64,000 nt of DNA from Kondoa subrosea (Eukaryota): contig BCIN01000002.1 in NCBI GenBank assembly GCA_039545335.1, positions 2,156,484 through 2,220,483 of the forward strand, read 5' to 3'. The stretch's first letter is position 1, and each line of letters opens with the position of its first letter. Made by a program: the position numbers and the translations under genes. The notes under the pieces are model-generated. The model saw only the letters and a program-made list of their open reading frames with translations. It had not been told where the DNA came from and made no database searches. Positions 1 to 18,885 of this stretch are shown here, in pieces.

Positions 1-2026
1 ACCACAACTGCATATCAGATCACCTCGGCTGCAGCTTCAATGACGACGGATGTTTCTCCAGTTGGTGAGTTGCAAAAGAGCTTTGCGGAGCCAACTGATC
101 AATCGTCTAGTGACTTCTGCTGCTCCAAGCGGAACGACATCCGCCGGTACTAATTCAACTGCGCCTCTGACCGCGGGTCAGCCATACAGTGAAGAAGATC
201 TTCAGAGCTGTAGAGATCCAGGGTAGAACTTTGATCCTGAGGCGATCTCGTACTGACGACTTGCGCTTGATAGGGATTCTATCAATGCAGCCTGTCAACA
301 AGCGATAGATCAATGCTTCGCAGACTACCGAAACGCTTCTGATCAGACATATGCCAACTGCGCCTGTACACCCCAACAGATCGGCTATGAGCTGGATTGT
401 GTTACTGATTTCACAGTCTCCTTTCCAAATGACACGCAATGTGATCCTCAACAAGGCTCTGATATTTATTAGTATGTTTTTGTTTTGCGTAGTTTGCCCA
501 ACCTGGCACCTTCTTGACAGCCAATGTAATCTTTGCGAGCCTGGCACGACTATTGGTGATTGCGCGGATGAAGTGGCCGCTCGAAGCAATAGTCAGATAG
601 CATCTGGCTTGGGCTTTTTGAGTAAGATGGGCTCCGTTGTCTCTTCGCAGCTCACTTTGCACGATGTAGTAATAGAGGAAGGAGGCGATGGACAACCGCG
701 TCCGTATCGTTCTGATAGACGGTGAACAGACTGACCATGTCGCATGCAGCGGTCGGCAGTTCCATAGATTGCAGGCAAAGCTGTAACGGTCTTATGACGG
801 CGACTGACCCAAAAACATTCTGTAATTTTGCTGACCAGATTTCTAAGTAAGTCTTAAGTAATGGCTCGTTATTCTTTTGCTCACTTTGACATAAGATGCC
901 ACGACAACTGGTAGGTGATGCTGTCTTTAGGCCGACAGACTATTCTCACAATTGATGCGCATGCAGCCCAAGCATGACATGGCCTCTCCCAACGAATTGG
1001 TACAGCAGTGAGTCCGGTGTCTGAGGATTGCTTCAATCTGACGTCTGATATAGGCGCCCTCTCTTTCGTCGCAACCAAGTGCGCGAGTCTCGGTAAGTGG
1101 GATGCATGGTCTCGCTTGATGTCAGCTTACAGCAATACGCAATGAGCAGGAAGCTCTTCTCCACCGGCAAATGCAAATGGAGGTAGAGACCGCGCTTTGT
1201 TGAGGCAGAAACATAGCTAAACCTGTCCCCTAGGTTCGACCGGCAACAGTGGCTCAAATGCGGGCGGCACAAGTATTGCTGGACCTCTGCGGCGGCGAAA
1301 TTTAGCTGATCTCGCCCTACAGATTCATCCGCAGGTGGTACAAGCCCAAATTCCAACAGCGGCTCGAACAGCGGCACAAGTCAATCTGGCGGGACTGGTA
1401 GTAATGGTACGCCAGGAGGTATGCATTCACTTTTAAGTCAGCTTTCGGGAGCATGCATTCTCATGCATCTTGCAAATCAGGAGATTCCGCTTCCGGAGGA
1501 CAAGCTCCCGTCATTATTCAGCCAGCTAGTGGCGGAGGAGCTCCGATTACATTGAAACCGGTCGTCGTCGAGCAAGGTGGACGTACTATCACAGCTTGTG
1601 TCAATCCTTCAGCAAGCATCAACGGCAGACCAGTGGCATTCATTCCTCAATCAATCACCTCGAATGGTGCCGTTCAGACTGTCTACCAAGGCGTAGTACC
1701 AGTACAAATCTCAACAACAGTCAATGGCGTAGCTACGGTCATTCAAGCTTCAAGAACTGTCGTTGTAAACAGCGTTGGTAGTACCCTGACCAATATCGGA
1801 TGTCAGTGAACTCACTCAGAGTATGTTGCTCCTTTTACTGATGAATTGCTTGGCAGCACAATTGACCTACACTCCTTTGGACTCTATTCCGATCGCTACA
1901 GCATTACAAACGACATCTACCGGTTACAGTATCATCAGCAACACTACCTCTTCAGCTCGGAAACTCGGTTCCAGCTCACTCTTTTACGTCACCATCGCTT
2001 TTACTTTCCTTCATCTGCTTTTTTGA
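1..2026 (+). CDS. 5'-truncated multi-exon gene for a putative GPI-anchored cell-surface protein (Ser/Thr-rich region, Cys-rich domain, Gly/Ser linker, hydrophobic C-terminus)
   Basis: Spliced reading gives TTTAYQITSAAASMTT..., a Cys-rich block (ACQQAIDQCF..NCACTPQQIGYELDCV..QCNLCEP..DCRQSCN..FCNF) and GGTSPNSNSGSNSG. It ends SSARKLGSSSLFYVTIAFTFLHLLF*, a typical GPI signal layout. Confidence 0.6.
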
Positions 2027-2366
2027 GAGACTTTGCTGGCATTTTTTGGGTTTCGTTGCGGGCCGGTCTCAATGCTGTCCTTTCTTGTACATTTAGTTTT
2101 TCGCTCAAGGGGATCTCGTTTGTTGAAGCTAAGCTTGATGATCTTCGCCACAGCTCTCATATCGCTTGCTCGCTCGCTTTACGTTCTATACCGTAGTCAC
2201 GAAGCGTCAGAGGATAGCAGAGCTGTTCAGTGCGCTCAGATGATGCATAATGCCAAAGTCTACACAAAAACTAATATAACTAACTGCTTACTGTACAAAA
2301 AAAAGTGAAAAGTAACAAGGAACAAGTTAATCCCGCTCTCTATCATATGCGCCGCCCCCGTCGTGA

Positions 2367-3538
2367 TCACCTATCAGCTTCCATCATTTGCTTCCCGTCT
2401 ATCTCAGTATTCCAATCCGGTACTTCACAACCATTCTTGTCCAACCTTCCATCCCTCAACATCCCTTCATAATCGAACTCCATTCCATTAGTCGCCGTAT
2501 TGGTTCTTCTAGTAAAGTTCCATCTCCGACTAGCTGAAGTAGAGGTCATTCCAGGATATAAGCAAGGTGAATCTTCCATTAAAATAGAAGTAGGCCAAGA
2601 TTGTTCGACACCCAGTTCTAAATCACTTGCTAAAGCACCTAAGCGGGTGGTAAGGGATTCGGTCTCCGCTAAAGTACGATTGAGTTCCGCTAAAGCGCGT
2701 TGACGATCACTCAGATAATCTGGGTCTGAACGATCTATGTTGACGTTCTCGATGAATCGTGATTGCTGCATGGAAGTATTAGTATTGAAAGATCTGAATT
2801 AAGGGAGACTAACAAGTGATTGCACATTCGATAACCAATCCACATAGTACCTTGATATAGTCTATTCAAACCCATCAGCATCATTCCGCAGCGCATCAAG
2901 CAAAGATGATCGACTCACTCTTACTCGGTTTGACAGGGAGTCCTCCTGATTCTGATGACCCGAGTTTCGGGGTAAAGTCCAAGCATATCTCATTTCCCCA
3001 TTATTCTCTCTCTGTTGCTGTAAAGTCGGTACAGTAGCAGCAGGAGAGAAGCCTGTAGTAGTAGTAGCTACTGGTCTTGAACTATTTGACGAAACAGGTG
3101 GAATTGAGGTTCGAGATGATGACGATGGACCGTTCGTAGGTCGAGCGATAGGTTCCTCTTCGTACCAAGATGAGACCGATACTGGTACCAGCTCAGGCAT
3201 ATCGTCGTAATCGCCTTCACTGTCCTGTTAAGAATGCAAAATCAGCACTGTCGCGGCAGTACGCGAAGAAGGAGAGAGCTCACATCATCAGTTTCTGACG
3301 CTGTCGGTATTATTATACGACTCCTTCCTACATGAGCCGAAGGACGTGCACTTGATGAAGCTGGTATGTTTATAGGCATCGGAGCAGCAGCTGTGTTTGA
3401 TGATGATATTGGCACAGACTCGTCAGAACTCGAGCTTGACGATCTTGGCCTGCTTGAAGCTGAAGATCTGGGTGCTGACGAGAGCCTTGCCACATTTCTT
3501 CTGGCGGTGAAGCTCAGTGAGCTCGGTGCTGGTGACAT
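2367..3538 (-). CDS. Hypothetical low-complexity Ser-rich protein (3 exons)
   Basis: Three collinear minus-strand ORFs (3242-3538, 2862-3200, 2367-2771) separated by intron-sized gaps with GT..AG; no recognisable domain. Confidence 0.6.
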
Positions 3539-3826
3539 TTGAATATACTTGAAAGAGGAGAATGTGGTAGAGCGGGTTATTACACAATCAAAAGAATAAA
3601 GGCAACAGTGTTACAGCTTGAATACGATATTGAAGGAGTGTAGGTTGTGTAGATAGGCAAGAAGAGAAAATCTGTAAAAGCAATGGTTTTGGAAGAGCGC
3701 GACTCAGAGGCGGAATTCGAATTATGCCATGCAATGACAGGAAGAGATGAGACTCGTCTAGATTATCTAGTTATGGTTATCTCTATATGATACAAGATGA
3801 TTTGTTACATTGTTATCCATACAGCG

Positions 3827-5483
3827 TCATTCCGCTTCAGCGCTGAGCGTTTCTGTGCTTTGAGTACTTGCAGCAAAAGTAGGGTTTCTATGAATGCACA
3901 TCAGCGATAATTTCAAGTCAAGACCTGGGTTCAACATACTCATATCCCAACTTATGTAGTAAGACATAGAATCAGTAGTGCTCGTGTCGAACTCATGAAA
4001 AGACTCACCCCTATCACAGCAGGTTGTCCAACCAGATCCTCGCGCCCCACAAGCGATCGCAACACATCAGACAAGCTCAAGATCCCCACCAAACCACCCT
4101 CCTGATCCACAATGACCATTCGATGCACTCTCTTCTCTCTTACATAAACCAATATACTGCTCAAAGAATCCGATGGACTGCAAGTAACCACCCCAGGGAA
4201 ATCTCGACTTCTTCTAGCTAAAGCTTGTTCAATCGTTAGATCCAGGATTTGATACGCTCGATCGTTTTGTCGAACTAGATCCACTACGTCGACAGTTTCG
4301 TATAGATTGACGACTTTGCCTGTGGTTGGATCAATAATAGGTACGGCTGAGATACCGAGTTCAGAGAAGAGATGAACTACGTCGAAGACTGTAGTAGACA
4401 TGGTTGCTGTTGCGATGGGATGAAAACGATTGTCTAATTCGAAAGAAGGGGAAGTATCTGTGCCAGTTGTGCTTTGTGATGAAGCCATAGCTTGATCTTC
4501 TGATGATCTACGCTGCATTGGAAGAGGTGCAGCGGAGCGAGAGCGAGAACGGCGGTGAGGATGCGGATCTCGATTAGAGTTGTTTTGAGCGTGCGAGGAG
4601 ATGTAGGTGCCTATCCCCAGGGATCCGATTGTTCTTGAAAGGCGAGCACAGTCGTGAGCACACTGTAGGTTTCGGGACCATATGAGAAAGATGATCTTTC
4701 GGCATCTACCCCCGGAACGTACATTGATTGCGATGAACTTGAGCACACGATACTGAGTAAGCACAGAGAGAATCGTTTCTTTCCCCGTCTGTTCGTCCAC
4801 ATCGATCAGAGGTGTTCTCCTTGCATGCGTTCGGACCAAAGCTGCACATGCGTCGAATAGCGAATCGTCAGGGTGTACAGAGACTGTCGGTGGAGGTGGA
4901 ACTCCAATCGCTTGTTCGATCTCTGTGGATATTTGGCCGCACGTGAGCTGTCGTATAACATATTAAGAGGTATTCCTACCTCTGAGATTACGAAGCTTGA
5001 CACCTTCAACGTCCGCTGCAGCGCGATCATAGGTGACAGCTGTTGTGTAGTAGTACTGCATGATATTGATGAAACTGTAGGGCACCCATACTTCCTAAGC
5101 TTCAAGGTAGCAGGGCAAAGAGGTATGACCTACTCGGTTAACGTCAACATTCCAGCGAAAGTGAAAGAAGAAGAGTCGTAGAGTGGAGCAGAAGCAACGC
5201 CTGTCATCCGAGAGCGCGCTTAGCCAGCGAAAACCGTTTACATCAGCGGCATTTGCTGACCATTCAACGTCAGAGCAGCGAGAGCCCTCTTGATTGTCAA
5301 CTCGTTGTCCAGCACGATCAGACGATAGGATTCAGGTAAGATAGAATAGCAGGTCGTATCCCTCAGGAACCTGCGTATGGCCTCGAGTGCTGTCGCATGT
5401 CTCGCTTCTGGATCAATTGCTGGTCGAAGTACGCTTGCTTTCAGGCTGGCGGAGGGCTCAGCCGGTGTTGCAGCCTCTGTCAT
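3827..5483 (-). CDS. SNF4: AMP-activated protein kinase gamma subunit (CBS-domain protein)
   Basis: IRRFLRDTTCYSILPESYRLIVLDNELTIKRAL, ILSVLTQYRVLKFIAIN, GISAVPIID..VVNLYETVDV and VHRMVIVD..LVGILSLSDVL match the four-CBS Snf4 pattern. Confidence 0.93.
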
Positions 5484-5718
5484 TGGTATCTGTCAACTCT
5501 GGCCAGCTTTGGGTATGCTCCGAGTTCGACAACCTTCGCTGTCACAGGTTGAGGTTGATTCTTATTTTCCAGCAGCGATCCCCTGCAGCTGTCTCGTGCT
5601 GGTCTTCATCTTACTTTCTTCTATCTCGTGACTATCTCCTATCCTCTGCTGTACTTCTGTTGTTCCTCTCCATTTACCGTTGACTCCTCACTTTCTCCAC
5701 GAACTATATCGCGCAGAA

Positions 5719-6926
5719 ATGGCAGCTCGCGTAAAGACAGCTCTTCATGATCTACTTCCTGCTCTTCGTGTGCCTGTAGTCGGTGCTCCCATGGCAGGAG
5801 CTGCAGGCGGTTTACTCGCTGCTCAAAGTATGTCTACTTGTCGTCAATTACATCTTGGGGCTAAACGCATCTGGACAGTCTCTAAAGCTGGTGGATTTGG
5901 GTTCATTGGTGCAGGCTATCTTTCACAAACTCTCTTGAAGCAAGAATTAGAATTAGCAGCCAAGAATCTACCATCAACCTCGAGCAATAAAATGGAAATA
6001 GGTGTCGGTTTCTTGGTCTGGAGACTTGCTTCACTAGATAGAGCGCCAGAAGGAGGAGTGGAAGAAACTATTTCATCCAGTCCGAAAGCTATTGAATGCA
6101 TTGATTTGGTTTTGGGTTACAGACCAAGAGCTATTTGGTTGGCCTTTGCGAACAAGAAGGAAGAGATGAAAGATTGGCGAGATATCTTCCTAGCCAGACA
6201 GAAAGAATTATTCCCCAATGAGGAGAGATGGCGATTGTTCGTCGGCATTGGAGATGAAGCAGAAGCTAGGCATGCAGTGAATGAATTGCAATCTGACGTT
6301 CTCATAGCACAAGGTTCGTCTCCGCTTCTCTGTTCAAGCTCGTACTATACTTATACTTGATTGTAGGCAATGAATCTGGCGGTCATGGATTGGCCAGCTC
6401 ACCTCCCTTATCGACTTTACTGACCAGCCTACGTCGATCGCTACCATCTTACAACTCCCAACCTCTTATCCTAGCAGCAGGTGGTCTAAGTACAGGCTAC
6501 GACCTAGCTTCCGCTTTAGCGCAAGGTTGCGCAGGAGCAGTCTATGGCACTCGATTCCTTCTTACACCTGAAACGACTTACTCTGAGGCGAGAAAACAAG
6601 TTCTGCTGGCTGCAAAAGGAAGTGGAACTAAACGATCTACTGCATTTGATCAAGCTAGAGGGACGACCGAATGGCCAGATCATGTAGATGGAAGAGGTGT
6701 GTATAACGATACTGTGAAAGATTTTGAAGAAGGCGAGATTAGGTTGGAAGAACAGCAAGCGAGGTACGGAAAAGCGGAAAAAGAAAACGAAGGTCAACGT
6801 TTGGTCGTTTGGGCCGGAACTGGGATTGGCAATATGAACGAGATCAAGCCGGCTGCTGAAGTTGTCAAAGAGTTGGAAGAAGAAGCTATCGCTGGCTTAC
6901 AGAATGTATCAAGCCTAAATAGATAG
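5719..6926 (+). CDS. Nitronate monooxygenase / 2-nitropropane dioxygenase family FMN enzyme
   Basis: Motifs PVVGAPMAGAAGG, GGFGFIGAGY, IAQG-NESGGHG, LAAGGL, GAVYGTRFL and VVWAGTG; two short introns. Confidence 0.92.
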
Positions 6927-7158
6927 TTGCTGTATTGTATATGCAGATATGTATTCTATAGATGTATGCATGTACTGATCTCGTATCTGGATTGACATTG
7001 TGATTGGTATATGCCCTGCATAGGCGCTTGCTGTCGTAGTGCGAAATGATTCAGTAATTTGAATGCACGGTATGGCATGAAGTGGAGGATATTAGAGTGT
7101 TAGAGCGACTGGTAGTGACATGCACGGCTATTGTTTTGGGCACAAGACTCACTCACTG

Positions 7159-8173
7159 CTAAGATGCAATCTCCAAAGGCCGACAATGAGGTCGATGTCC
7201 CGCTTCTCCGGCTTTCCAATCTAAATCTTGTCTCAGACAAATTACATAGATATGTATTATCGAGCATACCAGCTGCTTGACAGCTTCTGGAGCAGAAAGT
7301 CACTATTCGACATCCACCGCAGGATGGAAACGGTCTGACAGGAGTCGCATTGTCTGTAGTGGCATGTTGTTGTTTGTACTTCCCGCACCAGTAGCAGATT
7401 GTGGTCATTTGGGCACGTACGATCCGGTAGCTGGGTAAATTTTCGAGATAACGCTTCTTTGCTGTTTGCTGCAGACTAGCTGCTGTTCTGCAGGGATATT
7501 CGGATCCAAGGCTATGCGTGATTGGTAAACCGAAAGCTTCAAGAATACTGTATGCTAAAACTGCCAGATTGTCGTCGGTGCATCGCAGAAGGTATGAAAG
7601 CGCTTCGAGTTTCGTTGGAGCGGCGAATTGCTTAAGCGTAATATCTTCCGGTAGACCATTGTCGACAATTGTTGGTCTTTGTAAAATGATTGTATGAACG
7701 CATTGCAAGGCTCTCCGCAACGGTCCAACAATTCTCTCCTCTTCCAATAGCCCAGACTTTTCCACCTCGGCTTTACTGATGATCGCTATACTTGCATTTA
7801 AGGTGATATCCAGCGCAACGTTGCACACAGCGCTCGCCTGGACGACAGGTAGATGTCGCAAGAAGCAGAGGGATTTCAAGATGGGGACCAACAGGCTGAT
7901 CAACTTCATAGCTTCTGCGGGAATGTCGCAATTCCTCAACTCTTGTATGAAAAGCGACCCAGATGTAAGGAAGAAGGTTTGCGTAAAAAGATCCACTTGT
8001 GCACTACGTTCCCCTGCGTTTCGCGCCTGGCTTGTAGCTTTTGCCCCTGCTCTGATAGCGCCATTCCAATCCCGCCGAAGTAAAGATTCTTTGCCTGACT
8101 TTGCTGCATCCTTTGCGTAGTGCATAGCGTCCAGATCCAGCTGTCCAATAATCACTTCTTGAGCTTTGCTCAT
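7159..8173 (-). CDS. MYND-type zinc finger protein (helical N-terminal region)
   Basis: CYWC..CGGCRIVTFCSRSCQAA then, after one intron, DWKAGEAGHRPHC, which completes a MYND finger. Confidence 0.8.
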
Positions 8174-8321
8174 CTTGCGCGAGTATCGTGTTTCCCTAAG
8201 CGAGCTCTATGGCAGACTAGCTTGACCAGAATGCGGTACTTGTCTGTTGATACCGGCAGCTTTTGGACAGCTGGAACGCCGTGTAGAGTCGACCCTTGCT
8301 TTCCTCAGACCAAGTCGAATC

Positions 8322-9136
8322 ATGTCCCGCACCTCCCTGAGTCCCTCTATAACGTCTCTGCGCAAGCCTGGATCATCTCAATCCATTCAAGATAGACCAA
8401 TAGCCAAAACTCGAGGCGCCGAAGTTTCGCTCAATGCATGGCAATATCTGTTCGCAGAAGTAGTCACATACACTCAGAAGCGGGTTGCTGGGATTACTGA
8501 TTTCGAAAAGAAGTCAGCCTACTTTCTCTGCTAGCTATACTTCCCTGGAGCTCATTCTCTCGCGTCTTGTCAGACTGAATATACTGGGTTATCGAGTTGG
8601 CTATCGTCTAGTCGAGCTATTACCTCTGCGAGACTCTTTACCTGTCCGTCTTACGTTCCTGCCTTGATCTTTACTGATCTTCTTGTAGCCCTCTACCGCT
8701 CGATCTGCCTTAGGTCCACCAAGAACGCTTCGACTCTTACCTCTTCTTCAATACATTCACACAACACTCTTCAAATACCTCTTCAACAAACCTGCAGACG
8801 GATTAGAGAAATCCACAGATGCGCCAGATGAATTCATGGTTTACGATAACGATCCGTTGTTAACTCGAAGTATTGAAGTACCGGATGAGATGAGCAGTTT
8901 GAGCTGTAGTGCAATCACAGCTGGGATAGTAGAAGCCTTCATGGATGGTTGGGGTTTTGTGAGCCTCGTTTCCATTAATTACGAAGCAAGGTGATACTAA
9001 GCAAGTGATAACGCTATAGCCTGCCAGAGTGACCGCACATTCAATGCCTACGGAACAACACCCGAAAAGGACTGTATTGCTCATCAAGCTGGACAAAAAA
9101 GTATTGGAACGAGAACAGGCGTTGGGCGCGAAGTAG
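8322..9136 (+). CDS. TRS31: TRAPP complex subunit Trs31/TRAPPC5
   Basis: EVSLNAWQYLFAEVVTYTQKRVAGITDFEK, LGYRVGYRLVEL, LFNKPADGLEKS, LSCSAITAGIVEA and PARVTAH are Trs31 hallmarks. Confidence 0.92.
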
Positions 9137-9463
9137 CCTTGCTCGAAGGATTTCTTTGGGTCTGGAGCAGGTCAGAAGATATGGCTCAAGGTATGGCGAA
9201 GATCAACTGCATCCAGCGAGGCAAGTTGTTTACTTGGCGTCCATTTCCCCTACATGCTAAATGGCGCTCTAGCTGCACTCGAGGCAACTGTATGTAGATG
9301 CTCGTGGCAGATGCTCCTAGCATGCTGCATTGGGATTGAGGCGACCGTTCGCGAGTTGCGCCGAACGACTCTATCGTATCCGGAATCGATGTATTACGAA
9401 TCTAAACCTGTATTAATGCATTTCAGACATTCTATCGAGGTTAGGTCTAGTATGACTGCTTCT

Positions 9464-11059
9464 CTACATCTCGGACAAGACCTCTTCTAATTTCTTTAAC
9501 ACCTGCTCACACTCTTTCCTAGTGCCTACGGTGATTCTCAAACAAGCTTCGCAACCAACTTCATTTCCTCTAAACCTAACGACCAACCCTCTGTTCTCTG
9601 CTAATTCCTTGTACACTTTTTGTGCTCGAACATTATCCAAGCTGTTCAAATCTCGTGAAAGGATTTGAACGAGTAAGAAATTCGCATGGTTCCCTCCCAA
9701 GATTTTCCCAATGCCTAGTTTAGTTAATGTAGGTGATGTTAAGCCTTGTTTGAGGAAATCGCGATTTGTTAAAGCGGTGTTGACGTTCTTTTGGAAAAGA
9801 GAGATAGACTATAACAACGCACTAGTAGGTAAACAGGATTGTACGAGAGGAAGATGGGACATACAGAATCGTCTAGGGCCTTTATTGCAAGCGATGCAGT
9901 GGGCGATGAAATATTATAGGGCGCTTTTGTGTTAGCCATGAATTGCGCCAGTCCAGGAGCAGACATGCATAAACCCAGCCTAATACAATTGTTTAGCGCA
10001 TTCGTACAGGGGGATGCATTCGAGACATACCTTATACCTGCTAGACCGAACCCTTTTGACAAAGTCTGCAGGACTACGAGGTTTTGATAACCCTCATTAA
10101 GGCTATAAATTAACAAGATCGAAACATAAATTAGCTAAACTAATTGTGTCCGAATGTAACTCACAGATGGACAGAAGTACTCTGCTGACCACCTTCCGGA
10201 TCCGAGAAATCTATGTAAGCTTCATCCATCACGAGCAATCCTCTCCAAGTAGGGTGGTCCAATATTGGTCTAATAGCATTTGAAGGAATCAGAGTCCCTG
10301 TTGGATTACCTGGCGAAGTGAGGAAGACGAGTTTAGGTGGAGGTGAAAGTGAGGATAATTGTTCGCAGATCTGTAGTCAACCTTCGTGCCTCAGTCGTAT
10401 TCGACCGAGCTCAGTGAATGAATTACCTTCTCGATCTGAGGTTGAAATCGCCCTTCTTCTACGTCTAGCGGGATTTTGATGACATTGACATCGTTGATAT
10501 TTGCGCAGACCGAGTACATGCCATAAGTTGGCGGACATACTGAATAAGCAATGAGACGTGCTCATTCTCACAAAGGATGAGCGTACCCAATATCGAATCC
10601 TTTCCCGGTATGCAAGTAATGCGCATCAAGAGATCTATTGCTTCATCTGATCCAACGCCCAAAAACAAGCCAGCAGCTCTATGATTTAGACCTCTAAGCT
10701 TTGCAAATCTCGATTTGATAGTATCGTAAGAAGGATCTGGGTATCTATAGCATTTTGTAAATCAGACATGCTTGACTCATGCTGGCTCGAACTTTAGCTC
10801 ACCTATTCAGATTGAGCTCTTCCAGCGCCAGACCTAGCTCGTGATCTTTAGCAGTAATAGCGTGTCCTAGAGCATTCTCGTTGGCGTCCAATACTGCAGC
10901 ATTCAGACATGAGCGAAGAGGGTAGATGCAAGCTTCTGAGAACTTACAGATTCCCTTATCATAATCGTCACGAGCGCAGCGGTATGGCTGTAGCTTCTGA
11001 ATGTTGGCCCTGATCAGGCCATCCCAAGTCCAATCCTCTGGCTTGACACCATTGCCCAT
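9464..11059 (-). CDS. HIS5: Histidinol-phosphate aminotransferase
   Basis: LQPYRCARDDY, LDANEN, FLGVGSDEAIDL, TSPGNPTG, VMDEAYIDF, PLP-Lys motif LQTLSKGFGLAGIR, VVRFRG and LRITVG. Confidence 0.95.
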
Positions 11060-11412
11060 CTTATCTTTTGCTTCCCCTACAACCGTGATTGCTTGCTGTT
11101 CTCTTAATTGTAAATGGTCTGCGTCAAGACTTCTGTTGCAATTTTTCCGCTCAGGCCGATCTTGCTTCGTTGTTCTGAGCAACCTCATCAATATTTCGAT
11201 AATTTGTTGCATCTACTCCACGACTCGGTCTCGCAATATTCCTGTTATATTGCACTCGTCGTAACGTATCGCAGGCCGTCTGAGCCTTGCCTCAAGCATT
11301 CATTGCTTTCGATCACTCTCTCATGGACACTTTGTCTTAGTCAGCTTGACTCGATTTCTGAGATCTGTTTAATCCACCTCGTGCTTCACTGCATCCATCT
11401 CTCTGCTACAAT

Positions 11413-13072
11413 ATGCAACTCTTCCAAAAGACTCCTTCTTCCAAACTAACTCTCTCCGTGTTCCAAGGCGTCCATTTCATCCATCGTAAGCAGTTGATAC
11501 ACGCAGCTATCACAGTGAAGCTCACGTAGCTAGAACAGCTTCGGCTTCGCAAGATTTGAAACAAGATCTTGTCGTTACCGGTAATGTCAGCTTGCATCTC
11601 AGTAAACCAAAATCAATCGATTCGATTGTTGTGAGATTGAAACAAGAAGCACATATTCATGCACCTGGTTTTCAGTTACACCAAGTCCTTCTTGAAAGAG
11701 AGCAATCTGTTGTGATCGAGAATAGGATCTTTCAACCAGGTGTACATACATGGGAATTCTCTTTCACCATCCCAGGTAGGAGTGTTTTCTTTTCCAGAAA
11801 GTATGTAGCGGGGCTGACTCTTAAATCCTCCACATTAAGCTACTTCTGCTCCGTACGGCTTAAGCCTGATATAATTGCTAGTGCGAGTTAAATATTTCTG
11901 CGTCTAGGTACGAAAGAACAAAATATGGAAATGTTCTAGGCGCCATCATAGCAGAAGTCAAAGGTCAAGTGAATCTCGTCCGGCAAGGCTCAACAAGTTG
12001 GTTCGCTTCACCCGCTTCACTTCTTCAAGGCGCTCTTTCTTTGGATTTCGATCATGCGGGGTTTCAAGACGATCTTGGAGTAAGTAGGATCATGCATCAA
12101 TCTTTTCTCAGGTGTTCTAAATTCTTGAACGAATGAAATTCAGATTTACAGGCTAGAAGTTTTTAGCGAGAGAGCCATTGTAGGAAATGTTGTTCGAATG
12201 TACCTGGCGCTAGAAAGTCCTCCAGACGATATCTTCAGTGAGCCTCTGTTCTGCTGATCGACTATATTACTTGAGCTGGTTCTCAGTACATCGAATTCAA
12301 TTGAATTGCACGCAAACATATCAGTTCGAGAATCCCTTGAAACCGCATGAACAGCAAATCACAGCGCCAGTTGAACAGCATACAATCTCTGATCTCACAG
12401 CCGAAAGTCCGACATCTAGATGTACTGTCAACCCTCCTTCGGCTCGGATACGCGATGAAGCGAGCAGTAGAAATCGACCGTTCTTGAAGGCCAATGCTGG
12501 AGAACGATTTACCTTGATCAACTATGACAGGGTAGGTTCCATTCGAAAATTATTGCATATCTTCATCTGATTTTGCCAATGCTAGTTACCTGACGACAAT
12601 CATTTACGACCTAGTACTTTCGCCGGCACTTCAACGCCGCTCCGGATACAACATCGACTTGATATCAATATCACCTATTCAACAGCTACTTCGTCCAAAG
12701 CTCGAGTACTGGTAATGTCCAAACCCATCTTATTGGCTAGCGTACGTTTGTTCCCCTTAAACATATCGCTTGAGGTTCATTGTTTAGATCATCGCGTTGT
12801 AGTGTACACTCATGAGAGCTAATGTTGAAGCTCCAGCTTATTCAGAAAAGGATTGCGTGTCCTTTGATCACGATCCAGCACCTCAAAGTGATGATCTCGA
12901 ACCGCTCAGAACTTGGATCATGTCAAGAGATCATATTTGTGCGGTTTCTATGAAACAGCTACTGGAAGAGGCACGAGATTGGCCGAAACCGCGAGCGGAG
13001 CAGAATCTTGAGTCTTCGCGGAGGGAGGAAGAAGGTCGTAATAATGTGAGCAGGAAAGACTCGGACGCATAG
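11413..13072 (+). CDS. Arrestin-fold (alpha-arrestin-like) protein
   Basis: VTGNVSLHLSKPKSIDSIVVRL..PGVHTWEFSFTIP, LPDDNHLRPSTFAGTSTPLRIQHRLDINITY and a late PAY (PY-like) motif; multi-exon, boundaries approximate. Confidence 0.65.
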
Positions 13073-13261
13073 ACTTGAAAACCTGGAGCATGCAAAATAA
13101 TATCTGTCCGGAATACCATCTTCCTTGTAGTCGCATATTTTGTATCTTATACATCATTGACATTGTGAAGTTACTGAATGGTCATGTCATTGAGTAGACG
13201 GAATCCAATGCAATGCTCTATAAACAGTCTTCTATTATGCTATTAATTCATTGATTCTACT

Positions 13262-18735
<5,474 letters not shown>

Positions 18736-18885
18736 GGCTGCAGGGTATACCAGAGCAGGCCTGAGTAACGATCGCAGTCCGTGGTCTAGGAGAGAAAGTA
18801 CATTTTTCCTTCATGTCCCGGAATAGCCAAAGCCTGGTGCATTGACGAACTTGGAGTGAATACAGCTAGAGCGTTCTAGCCCACT

